Part shown: positions 13,113 through 25,100 of the stretch, piece after piece
Numbering within the stretch: the first letter of the stretch is position 1
How the letters are laid out: every line of letters starts with the position of its first letter
Assembly (NCBI GenBank): GCA_030141605.1
Contig: JAQGDQ010000068.1
Span: 620,001-684,000, forward strand
Direction of reading: 5' to 3'
Length of the DNA stretch: 64,000 nucleotides
From: Tubiluchus corallicola
Taxonomy: Eukaryota; Animalia; Priapulida
Translations under genes and position numbers: made by a program
Notes under the pieces: model-generated
What the model was told of the DNA's origin: nothing
The model's input: only the letters and a program-made list of their open reading frames with translations
Databases searched by the model: none

Positions 13113-16100
13113 CTGGAAATAACAAAACGGGGTAAAAATTGAGGTGTTTTCTATGCACATATGTAGTTTAGACATTATTCACATTGAAACTGAGACAATA
13201 CACAAAAGAGTTTTTTGCGATATGCTTTTATAAATCATCAATCATTAGTCACGAGTCACAAATAGACCAATTAAAGGTATTGTTTTTCCATTTCTTATTA
13301 ACACATTTCATCGACTAGGTTTTGTTGTGAAAACTGACCCTAGTCTATTTTACCAAGTGCAAAATTTGAGTTGCATGTCGTTGGAAGTCATCGGACTAGA
13401 ATTCAGTAGTGCGGACCTCACAAGACTGAAGCTCATAACCCGACTTCACCAAGCTGAAGTTCAAGGTCAGAGCTCACCAGGTTCGATGTTAGAGCTCATG
13501 TTAAAAGCTCACCTTGTCGGCGAGCTGAGCTCGCCAGGCTGGAGGTGGGAGCTCATAGACACTCTTCACCAAGCTGGAGATTATGATCGGCACTCACTGG
13601 ACTGGAGATAATGGCCGGAGCTCACTAGGCTGGAACTCATTGCCAGAGCTCACCTGACTGGAGGTCATGGACGGACTTCACCAAGCTGGAAATTATGGTT
13701 GGCGCTCACCAGGTTGCAGATCATGGTCGGAGGCTCATTAGGGTGGAACTCAGTGGCTGAAGCTTTAAAGGCTTGCAGCAGGGGTCATTTATTTGTTTGT
13801 CCTTTTATTTATTGATAACACATATTGCTTTTAAGCATATTACACTAATATAAGCATATAAACATATGCATACAGTTATATTCAACATACAAGACAAAAT
13901 TTCAATGATTCGTAACACAAGTGTTGAAACACATACAGAAAATCTAGTAAAAGGTCTAATGAATACTTATTCACTGCTTTTAAGAAAATACTGGAGTCTC
14001 TTCACCTATCGGTTCAAGTTAAATTTGTTGTTCAGATTTTTGTTACTCATGCTAAACTTGTGGCTTTTGATCTCTTAATTCTTAATGTTTATACGACTGC
14101 AGAAACGCAAGAGCATTGCAATTCACGAAATATAGTCTGCCATAAAATTTTTACAACCCCTTTTCATTATCAACACGGGAACATTCCTGGTAGGATTTTA
14201 GCACGATTTGGCAAAAAGAACTAAATAATATGTATAATAAAAAGATTGAAATGTCGGTGTGTAAAATGCAAAGCAAGACTAACTGAATGAGGCTCAACAT
14301 TCAATGAAGGCCTTTCTCAAACCAAAAATTGTATCTGATATAACTCTGACGTCTTTACATGTAGTAAAAGCATGTAAGGTAACAAGAATTTTGAGTTTGG
14401 AGCTAACGATGCAGCTGTTTTTAACGTCACAGCTTCTGTTACTGCTATTGTTGCTGCTGCTGTATTGTATTTTATTGTCGTTGTACCCAGTTTCACCCCT
14501 ATCGGCTCAGTGCCTCAACTTATCAGATTATTCTTGGCAATCAATCAGCTAGGTTCCGGTCTTGTTACAGCCATTAAGAAAGCCAAATCGATGAATTCCG
14601 GATCTTGGCGTGTAGAATTTCAAATTAATTTAGAAATAATTAACAAATCAATCGCTTCGCCGTGAAACAGACGAGTTTCGGCTACGTTGAGGACAGGTCT
14701 ATATCACCAAGATTTCCATGAAGTATCCAGAGCTCATAAGCACAATAGTCCCCTAGGCCTAGTACATCGCAGGTCCTTATTTGAAACGTGCCGTTTTTTA
14801 CTGCCCCCTTTTTAAGTCTACAGCCTAAAACTACTAATAATTTCTTCTCGTACTTACAACAGATTGGACGTTGTACCGATCTTACGATCTAGCGGAATTT
14901 GAGAAGTAGCTGGCCTTGAACCTTATCCTAATAACACGTTTGCTCTGAGCAACGAGGCCTACCGGTGCGCACTTCAGAGGCTTTTTAGCAGTGCTGGGAG
15001 TGCAAGTACGTAAATGTGGTGCTAATGAATATAATTACAGGTGTATAGTGAAATGATTGCGACAAACGCATTGATGAATTATTAGACTTCATAAAACTAC
15101 ATTATATACGTACAACTATTATCGTAAGCATTGTAGATTTACATTATGACAGGAACGAGTTCTATAATGAAAAGCTTTGGGGATCTGAGGGTGTGGCTGG
15201 TGCTATTTGTAACTGTGTGCCTAGCTTACTATCTAAAATTTAGAAGAAAAATTGCACCTGGCCTATTCAGTTTTCCACTGGTTGGTAACTTGCCACAAAT
15301 ATACTACCATTCCTTTACCACGCCATTGTATAAATACTGCCAACAACTTGCAAAGCAGTATGGACCAGTTATTTCCATTGATTTCGGCATTCAGACGACA
15401 GTTGTTATCAATTCTGTTGAGGAAGCATTGGAAGCGCTTGTTAAAAAACAAAATGACTTTGCAGGCCGACCAGAAAGTTGGTCCATGGAGAAAATGTCAG
15501 AAGGTTATAAAGACATTGTAGCAGCAACACTTTCCCCAACATGGCAGGTTCAAAGAAAACTCGGACACAGCGCATTTAGACACTTTGCTTCTAGAGCTTC
15601 CTTAGTTCAAAGAATTCACGGTTGCTTTACCGACATTGCTTATGTTATAGATAATCTTGAGGGCAAATTTAACCCAAAGGAGTACATCTACAACATGATG
15701 TACAGCATTATCAACAGTATGACATTTGGAAGCACTTTCGATTTTTCCGATGAGCAGTTTAAAAAACTGCGTGCAGCATCTGATAGACTTAACACTCTTG
15801 CAGCTGCTGGTTTTGCTCCAGATTACATACCATTTCTCAGGTACTTCCCTCGGACACCTGCACAAAAAGATTTCTTAAAACAGATGGATTGCCTATCTGA
15901 ATACGGCTACGCCCAGTTTTATAAACACGTGAAAACGTTTAATAAAGATGACACCAGAGACATTTGTGATGACGTACTTCTAGCCAGAGAAGAAGCTTCC
16001 AAAGAAGAAGTAGCTGAACTAACAAACGCTCATCTAGTTAATCTTTTACTTGATATATTTTTTGCTGGAACTGATACTACAGCAATGACATTGCTTTGGG

Positions 16101-19100
16101 CATTTCTTTACATGGTTGCATATCCAGATGTACAGAGGAAAGTACAACAAGAACTGGATGATGTTACTGGCTATAGCAGATTACCAAATTACGATAAAGA
16201 CAAGCCGCGCCTGCCTTACTGTGATGCTGTAATCCACGAAGTTATGCGAATTAAACCACTTGCGCCACTGCTTCTCCCACATACTACAACAGTGGACACA
16301 TCGGTAGGCGGCTACGCTATTCCCAAAGATACTATGGTTATGGTCAATATTTACAACATACATCACGATCCGACCAAGTGGGATGACCCTTATGCATTTA
16401 AACCAGAAAGATTCCTGGATGATGAGGGAAAAATCAAGACAAAAATACCAAGTTTTATGCCGTTCTCTGCAGGGCGACGCGTATGCCTAGGTGAAAGTAT
16501 AGCCAAGGTCGACATTTTTGTTATTTTTGCTTGCTTTATGCAAAGGTACAGCATGACAATGCCCCAAGCAGAAAAAGCAGACTTGACAGAGAAACAGCAA
16601 CCGCTTGGTATAGAACCCAAACCCTACAATATGGTGATGAAAAAACGTTTTTGATCGATACATCATGACTAACGTAACGTTATGATTAAAGCATAATAAG
16701 AACATTTTAAGCCAAACCATATGAAGATACTCGTATAAAAGAAAAACAAACTATACAAAAATATCTTATAAGTTATATAAGTAATACAAGAACAATGTGT
16801 GATAACAATGGTCAATACTTGGTGTTATCTAAACACTTGGCGTGCGTTTGTAAGAACTATTCTTAATTGCGGATTGTACTGTGTAATTTGATTTTAATTT
16901 TGTGAAAAAGTAAATATATGTATGTATATTATAATTTTTTTGCAAATGTATTTTCAAATATGTTTTAAAAATACATATTTCAATAAATATTATAGATGAG
17001 CTACTTTTCAGATACTTTGAACGCTATTGCTTACAAGAAGCTTCGGCTAGTTATACATAATATTATTTCACGTGTATTATATTGTACTTATAAACATATA
17101 TAACTTGAGCAATAAAGAACTTTATTCATATTATATACATGCCTGCTCACTTTGAGCTTTTATCTTCTGTTATACACATTTCTAGTGGTGATGGTGGAGG
17201 ACACTGGTGGTGCACTTCAGACTTTAAACAAGTCTTGCAGTTTTTATTCAGGACTAAAGTGACTAGTCTTAGGCCTACCATCTGACTTTTTATCTAGGTT
17301 AGATTTAAATACAGAATTATCTCTGAAGTGTCTTCCTAGTCAATTTCAAGTTTTGAAGGTTAAACAGACCAGTGGTAAAATTAAAATTCCAAGATTAAAA
17401 ACATGTGTACAACTGACGGGTGACCTTTCACCGTTTAACAAAAGGTCACTGAAGTCACTGATTTTACATAACAGGGATAAGTACCACCCGCGAATGTCTA
17501 CTCTGTAAAAATGTAGCCTAGTTGCAGGTTTTAAAAGGTCACTAAGTTGGAAGCCTGAGATTCTGAGACACCTATCAATACACATTCTAAAGTAACCAGT
17601 TTGGCGCCATGCATTACATCGTGTAGCCTATATAACTCAATTTCAACCGCCTGCTGTTAAGTTTAGAAAAATTAATAATCCATACAATTTCATTTCAACA
17701 CTCCCCAAACCAATCTAAATTTGGATGTTACAAACTAAGTAAGTTCGGTTGTCAGACCACGGTATTCAGAACCGTTTCTCTCCCTCGCCTTAACCAGCCT
17801 TTCCAAGGCCATTGTGTTTCCCAGCTTGCAGGCAGAAATCAAAGCACAAAGAACACTCGGAAGCTGGAAAGTTTGTATTAGACTTGATATTATCCTCAAA
17901 CTGTTTGCATAAAATGTCACACACGCTAGCAGTATTGAACAATTGACAAGGTAAACTTGATAAGCATCCAGTTCAGACATGCGACTGAAATCCGTGTACA
18001 CGCAAGAAGAATTTGGTCGTCGTAAATTTTCAATAGAAATGGCAAAATGCAACTGAAGTTCGATCTCATGCAAACAGTCTCGTAAGGTTAAAATTCCAAG
18101 CGCAGTGTAAGCTATAAGTCACGCAGAAGTCAAATGCTTTCAACAGAAAAGGAAGACTGTGTTAAAGAGAAATAAAACGCAATTTAGACGAAAAGTATTC
18201 CAACAAAAATAATACTAGTTAACGCAAATCTAAGCGCATTCCAGAACCAACACCACCAACGTCAAGCTGGAAACGTTTGATAAAAAGGGTTTGACCTTAA
18301 ATAGCCGCTCAAAGTCGAATTTCACGTCGACGGCTTCCATTTTTCAAACAATAATGAAAAGTATTAGGTTTACTTGAAATTAACTCTTTAAAATTATGTT
18401 TTCACAGCAAGTAGCACACAAAACTTTACAAAGTTTATTTTAGACAAAGTGAACAAGCCTGACATTCTGTTCTTTAAAAGTGCAAGTTAGTTCGGTCAAA
18501 ATAAGGTATGACGCCGGACAATGGCTGAATTTTTGCACAGACACCCAGAACAACATATTATTAATCCCCATAAATCCACTCGGAATTTACAGCCACGTTT
18601 TCTGCAATATGAATATGAGTTGATGTTTTACCACATCTTCTTCTAGCACCCTCCTGACTTTTAAGGTTGGTATCATTCATGTACTCTGCAGTGCTTACTA
18701 ACTGAGTTACTTTGACGTTAATGCTGCATCGGGCAGCCATTTTGAATGACCTTGAAACACTATTTTCTAACAAGCCATGTGTATGTTTATATCAGCTGGT
18801 AAGACATTTACGCCTTCTTAAATGCCTCCTACTTAAGTTACTTTGACTTTAGTGCTACGTTAGTAGCCATTTTTGACTGATTCTGACCTCGAATGACCTT
18901 GAAACACTATTTTTCTGACAGGTACTTTTATATCAGCTGGTAATACATTATGCCATCTTAAATGCCAACTAGTTGAGATATTTTGACTTTAAAGCAGTGT
19001 TCGTGGACATTTTGAATTTAAAGCCCCATAACTTTTTTCTCCCAAAGTGGATTTTTAATATGTTGTTCTTGACGACTTTCTGGGTGTCTGTGCAAAAATT

Positions 19101-22100
19101 CAGCTAGACACTATTTTTGTCCGGGTCATATTCTCTTTCGGGCTAATTTGACTGGACTAGGTGTGAGCTTACCACGCTTCGCGTTTAAGTTAGCCATTGA
19201 TACAATGAGTTTCTGCCTGCTTTTCTTGTTACCCGTTTGGCGCTAATTTTTACCCTCTAATATTATTGTCTCTGCGAGAAATTACCAAGTTTTAACTTAT
19301 ACGGTTATTTCGATTTTCGAGCAAACTCGATTTAACTGACTCTCCTAACTACCACCATTCTATCTCTGCTTTCAACTAATCACTGTCCAAATTAGTTTTC
19401 CGATAAATCAACAAATAAGCTGAAATTCTGTTCAGAACTATTTCAGAAGCTTACCTTCTTCAGCAGGCACGCTAAATTAATTCCCACAAAAATTAAGCCT
19501 ACGCACGGGCACGTGGGTTTCAGAAAGATAATTAAAGCGATATTCTGACTTTTCTTCTACTGTATAAAAAGCACGGGTTATTGCAGTGACTTACAATTAC
19601 TTAGTTAGGCCTCTGCTTTAATTATTGAAATTTTCAAGGTTGGTTTCCAAACGATAGCAATTGTTTAACGATTGGCTGATAATTTACAAAATGGTAAAGA
19701 AACGGAAAGAACATTATAGAAAGTCTTTGATATGACTAAATAGTTGGTGATTGAGCCAGTTTTTCTCTGTTGCGCTGGCTGTGTGATAAAACAGGAACCA
19801 GGAGGTACTGGAACATAAATCCAGTTTTGTGATTTCATCAACTTACTTTACCTGTTGTTTGCCACAAAAATGTATTTAACACTTGAAATTTGGGATTATT
19901 TTCAAATGCGAAATGAAGCGCCCCTACGGCAACCAAGAACAAGAACCAGCTTTATTCATCACCACCCCTATATCCGCAAAGGTATTTTATCTAGATAATT
20001 TATTGCAATCACTGATGTGGCTAACTCACAATAATTGCAAAAATTAACTAATTAAACCACATCGCCAAACTTTAAAGCCAAAACTCTTAACGCCGATTCA
20101 TTACCTTAAAATTACAAATTACACGTTATGTTTAAATTCATAATTCATAAAAATGTTGACTTGAACGCCGAAAAGTTTTTTACAAGAGCACTCACTGATA
20201 AAAAAAGTAATCATAGTTTCATGGTGTTTGTTCGTAGGACGAATAAAAATGGTTTTATGTTTTCTCCAACCGTGTTGTACGGAATTCTCTACCCAGTTCG
20301 ATAAATGGGGTGCACCTCTGAAAATCTAAATCAGTAAATTCTAAACCTTTATAAATCTGATAAATGGCTTGGATATGATAAGCGTAGATAAGCAGCTTGC
20401 CTCTCACCACATGCAATATAAGTAAAAAAAAATCATGTTTTCGTCGGTTTATAATTTATTCTTTTAATGCATATTTTTAATAAATGTGAAATAAAATAAA
20501 TAAAGTAAAATAAAAACAGGCCAGGACGAGTGCTGAAATCTGTAAAAATAAGCAACGAGCGGTTAAAAGATTTCAGCTTAGAGTATTGTGAACGTTCAAA
20601 ATTATTCACATTTTTAATTTGCTTCGACAGGAAAACAACGCGAAACAGCTCAAGTCATAACAAACTGCCATGTTCTGTGACGTCCGGAAGTCTCAAAGTG
20701 ACACGCCATAATGCGGCTCGACATTTCAACAAACCACCAATTATCATAATAGTCAGAAAAGCAGATCGAAAACCCTTCCCGCAATGAAAACACGGCACAC
20801 TTGCTGCAGCTGATGGCAGAGTTGGGGCAACGCAATCCCGCAAATAATTATTGTCGGATTCGTCGCAGAGTGACTGTCGTGCCGCTATAGTCAAAACCAT
20901 GCCGGGAAATTTCATAAATTCTCAGTTAATCCAAAATGACTGAAAATTCATCCGGGATTACCAGTGCCGTAATAAACACAGAATTAGTTACGGGCATGAC
21001 TATGCTGCCCCATTAGAAAAGTGAAGCCAACCCCAAGATTCAGGCAGTTTGCCCTTCAACAACCTTGCACAGTTGATGGTATATCCGATTTTTCAGCTGA
21101 AATGCAAATTGGCGTTTTTCTCTCTGTTATAATTACCCCTTGTTGTTCACGCGAATAAAAATTGATTATCACGCACGAAATAAAATTATTTCGCAGCCAC
21201 CAGAAACATTTAATTACACGTATTAGCCATTGTGTTACAACCTGCTGACGGAAAAAAGAAAAAGTAATAATTCAAACATATCGCCGTTTTTGCAGAATGA
21301 CAGAAAAACAATGCAGTTAATTCTGAAAACTCTTCTAGAACAGTTCACATGTTCCGAGTATAAAATGTCATTCAGTTTAAACAATAATCCTGAACCACTG
21401 CAGTCCCTCGCGCTAAGAATACTCATAGAAGATTGATGTTACTTGTATTAAATGTGAGTTAGTTTAAGCGCGAAGCGCAATATGGATTGCCTTCTGAGAC
21501 ATAAATTAAAAATGCATAAGAGCATAGCAATAGCCTAAGGACTAGCACATTTATAATCATTTTAAGTTAGTATATTACTGTACTTTGTGACATTCTGTGA
21601 TAACATTAGTAGTCATTATATTTTTCTTGTGCCTTTTTGTGTTGAGCATTCTTGTGCTTTATCAGAGTGTATTTTTATAAGAATTCAAAAGATTAGTTTT
21701 TAATGAACTTTTACGCATTTTTATGCACTTGAAGATAGTTCACAATGGTGGTCTGAAATGTGTTTTATTTCTATTTTGTGGGATTTTTATTTAGCGATAA
21801 TATAATACTCAAAACACCTGCATGGATGCAAAATTGTTATTATTGTTACAGTCCATTATTTGCGTTCAATATAGCAAGAAACTTTAAACTGAATGCTGCA
21901 GTCAATACCTGCTTAATTTATTCAAGGCAATAGTTTTAAGTGCTGTTCTACAAAACTACAACAAATTTGAAATAGATATCGTATTTTGATTTCATGTACG
22001 ACTCGTCCCATTCAACTCTCTTGATTTCTTCAGAACTTTTCCAGCATGCCAAAGCCACGCTGGGATTTAATAAAACCAACGCGAAACTGTCACCACAGGA

Positions 22101-25100
22101 TTCCTGCAAATTTTTCTGCTCGACTGAACCGATTAATAACACTCTCTCGGTTTTCTTTAGTTGATTTCCGAACCTCAGCTGCATTCGACGTGAATCGATC
22201 TTGCCCAGATTAATTCAGTCCACTGACGCGAAAGTATTACTTTGGGTAAAAGTACGTATAAAAATAAAAGGAAGCGCTCAACTGACTTAGCCATAACTCA
22301 GGGATCAATTCATTGCACCGTGAGGTATAAAAGTCAGCTTCGTCTTCCAAGTCTGTCATAAAAGCAAAGTCCCGTCATTCAAGTGAGTTATAAAAGCAAA
22401 GAACGACGTCCATTTGACATTTGTTCTGTGAATGTTTTTTCAATTTCATTCAAGACACATTTAAGTGTAAAGCACATTTATATTAGGAAGAAAGGCTACA
22501 GAAGCATCCTGACTTTTTCATTCCACAATGAAGTAACACAAGCCGCCTCAAAATAAGCACTTCTGACTTTCTGTTACAACTATTTCAGGTCGTTACTACT
22601 TTCCATGACTACTTCAATATGTTTTTGACTTTATTTTACATACGTCAGGGTGTTTCTACTTTCAGTAACCATTTTAGAGCATTTTACCATCTGTACCTAC
22701 CTCAGGGCTATGACTTTCTGTGTCTATACTTCTCAGAACGTTTCTTCTTTCTGAGGTTACCTTTGAGCACTTCTACACTTTCTGCAACTATCTCAGCGTA
22801 TTTCTACTTTCTGTAAATAACTACCGTCGGACAAATCTGACTATTTTTTACTCCAGCAATTTGTACATTGTACAGGAAATGTAGTTAGAAAAAGCATAGT
22901 AAGTAGACCGTTTTATTGCCATAACAGTTTAGATGAGATAAACTATAATTAATAGAACAGGAACAGTAAACTATTTTCCTTTATGCTTAAGTTACAGAGC
23001 AAGGATCCATTTATAAATTCTTGATAAGCCGCATTGATGCCTGGTGGTGTGAACACAGCTTTACGGTCAGAAGATTAAATTAAGATGTTAGTACGCAAAT
23101 AGAACTGGCAGGGAAATCAACGAAATTGGCTGAAAGGTACAAACTGATGAAATTTTTCGAAGTGGGAAACGTTCGGCCAAATTCGATTTTCTAAAGTCAA
23201 ATTCTTGACAGAGTACTGGAGAAAATTCGCATGAAAAACAGTCAGCAGTAGCATTTTTGATGGATGGGAGACGCTGGACAGTTCGCGTCGTGATTCTCAA
23301 TTATACTGTTATTTCATGATTTGCATTAATGATTTTGCGAATCGATAGCAAAAGCTCGCATTTGTCGTGATAAAAGCCAGACGAGTTTTCCATCGCAAAA
23401 CTAAAGTCCAAGAATAAACAGAAAACTGTTCTCGACGTGTTAAGTGCTGAATTCTGTCGCAAGAGAACTTCTAGAACTCAAAGGTGTATTTTCTAGACCC
23501 TTGTACAAAGACTGGCTCAGAAAAGCATTGATATGGTTATGTTTGAACAAGATACAGGGCAAAAAAGCATTGACATCATTTTATAGAGCTCTCTTTTTTA
23601 CTACCCTTTTGATAGTTACAGCCTAACCACACTGAAGCAGCTCACCCATACAGCTAAGCAAACAGATTTTAAATAAGAATTTGCCGATTCTACAAACAGC
23701 AAGTTCTTATGGACCACACACATACAAAAGGACCAAATTATGCCTCAATTGTCTCAGCAAAAGGCTTTAAAACTGCAATATGTACAATAGTTATAGAAAA
23801 CCCAACCACATGTTGGAAAGGACACGACTTATGCACATTTTCACACAGAAAATGTGCAGTAAAATTTTTTGAAGAAAAATTACTTGTGGGATTCCTCCCT
23901 ACAATGGAACACACTGCTGTCTATGGCGCATTTCGCTTAGACGACCCATGAGGAATTTTCTTCATAGTTTTTCTAGCGAGATATTCTGCTGCCAATTATG
24001 TGTCCTCTTCATGAAGAATTATGAAGTATGTTCCATTTTTGCAAGGCTTCGTTGCGAATATACATATAAAATTTTATGGCTTAACTTCTTCCTTCCTGTT
24101 TAGCAAATCAAAATCAAATCTATATTTCTCTTGCCATTTCAGGAACAACTACAATGTATAAAATTAAATACAAAGTCTAATTAATGTAGTAATAAATTCA
24201 AAGAGATAAGAGTATCGAATTGACTAAAAAGTCGTCAAGTTAGCTACCCTTCATTTGGCAATAAAATAGGTAATTTCTGGCACTGGCTAACACAGCTGAT
24301 TAAAACAGCTATTTGAATACAACTAACTATATGCATAATTATCGTCTACATAAAGTTTCTGTTTATATATAATCATATGTGATCAATTTATTCGCATCAA
24401 AATTAAATATATAATTAAAGCAGATCTTAAAAAATGAAAGAAAAACAAAATGAGCGTTGTTTTGAAATGACCCCTGGTAACTCAATAACATACTACGATA
24501 ATAATAATATTCTACATACAGTATTATTATTATACCATAATATAATAGTATATCATATATTACTACACAATAATATAATGATTATGCAATAAGTAGCATT
24601 GTTATCCAAAATTCGAGTTATTATGAGATAGGTCATCTAGTTGTTAGTATAATTTGAGAGAAGTAATTTGGTAATTTTTTTCCTTAAGCTATAAATAGAT
24701 TTGCATTGGTAATCTAATGAATTCCACATTCTTACACATTGAAACTTGATTGTGTAGATTCTGTGTTCTATAAAAAGTTAAAGTTTTTAATATATCTTTT
24801 ATCATATAAATGATTTTAATGTTTACATTTGTGAAAGCATATAAACGACACATCTACATAATTATTTTATATATATGCAACATGCTTTCAAACTATGAAG
24901 GGATTAGTTGTTAGCCTAAAAATAAGCATGTCCTCTATTGATTAAAGCTATTAATTGTAATTTAATTATGAATAGGAAGGATTATCCATAGGAGGAATAT
25001 TTAGCATTTGGCAGGGCCTAATTTAGTATAGTAGCCTATAGATTTTTGCTTAAACAAAAGCAAAACAGTCGAGCTAATATTGTAACCTTTGCTATAAGAG

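Noticed and set aside
13405-13765. CRISPR-like appearance of the 28-bp repeats, and ORF 13327-13611
   Set aside because: Units are contiguous and degenerate, with no unique spacers and no cas genes; the period is not a multiple of 3.
17735-18073. 112-aa minus-strand ORF
   Set aside because: No recognisable motif or splice context.
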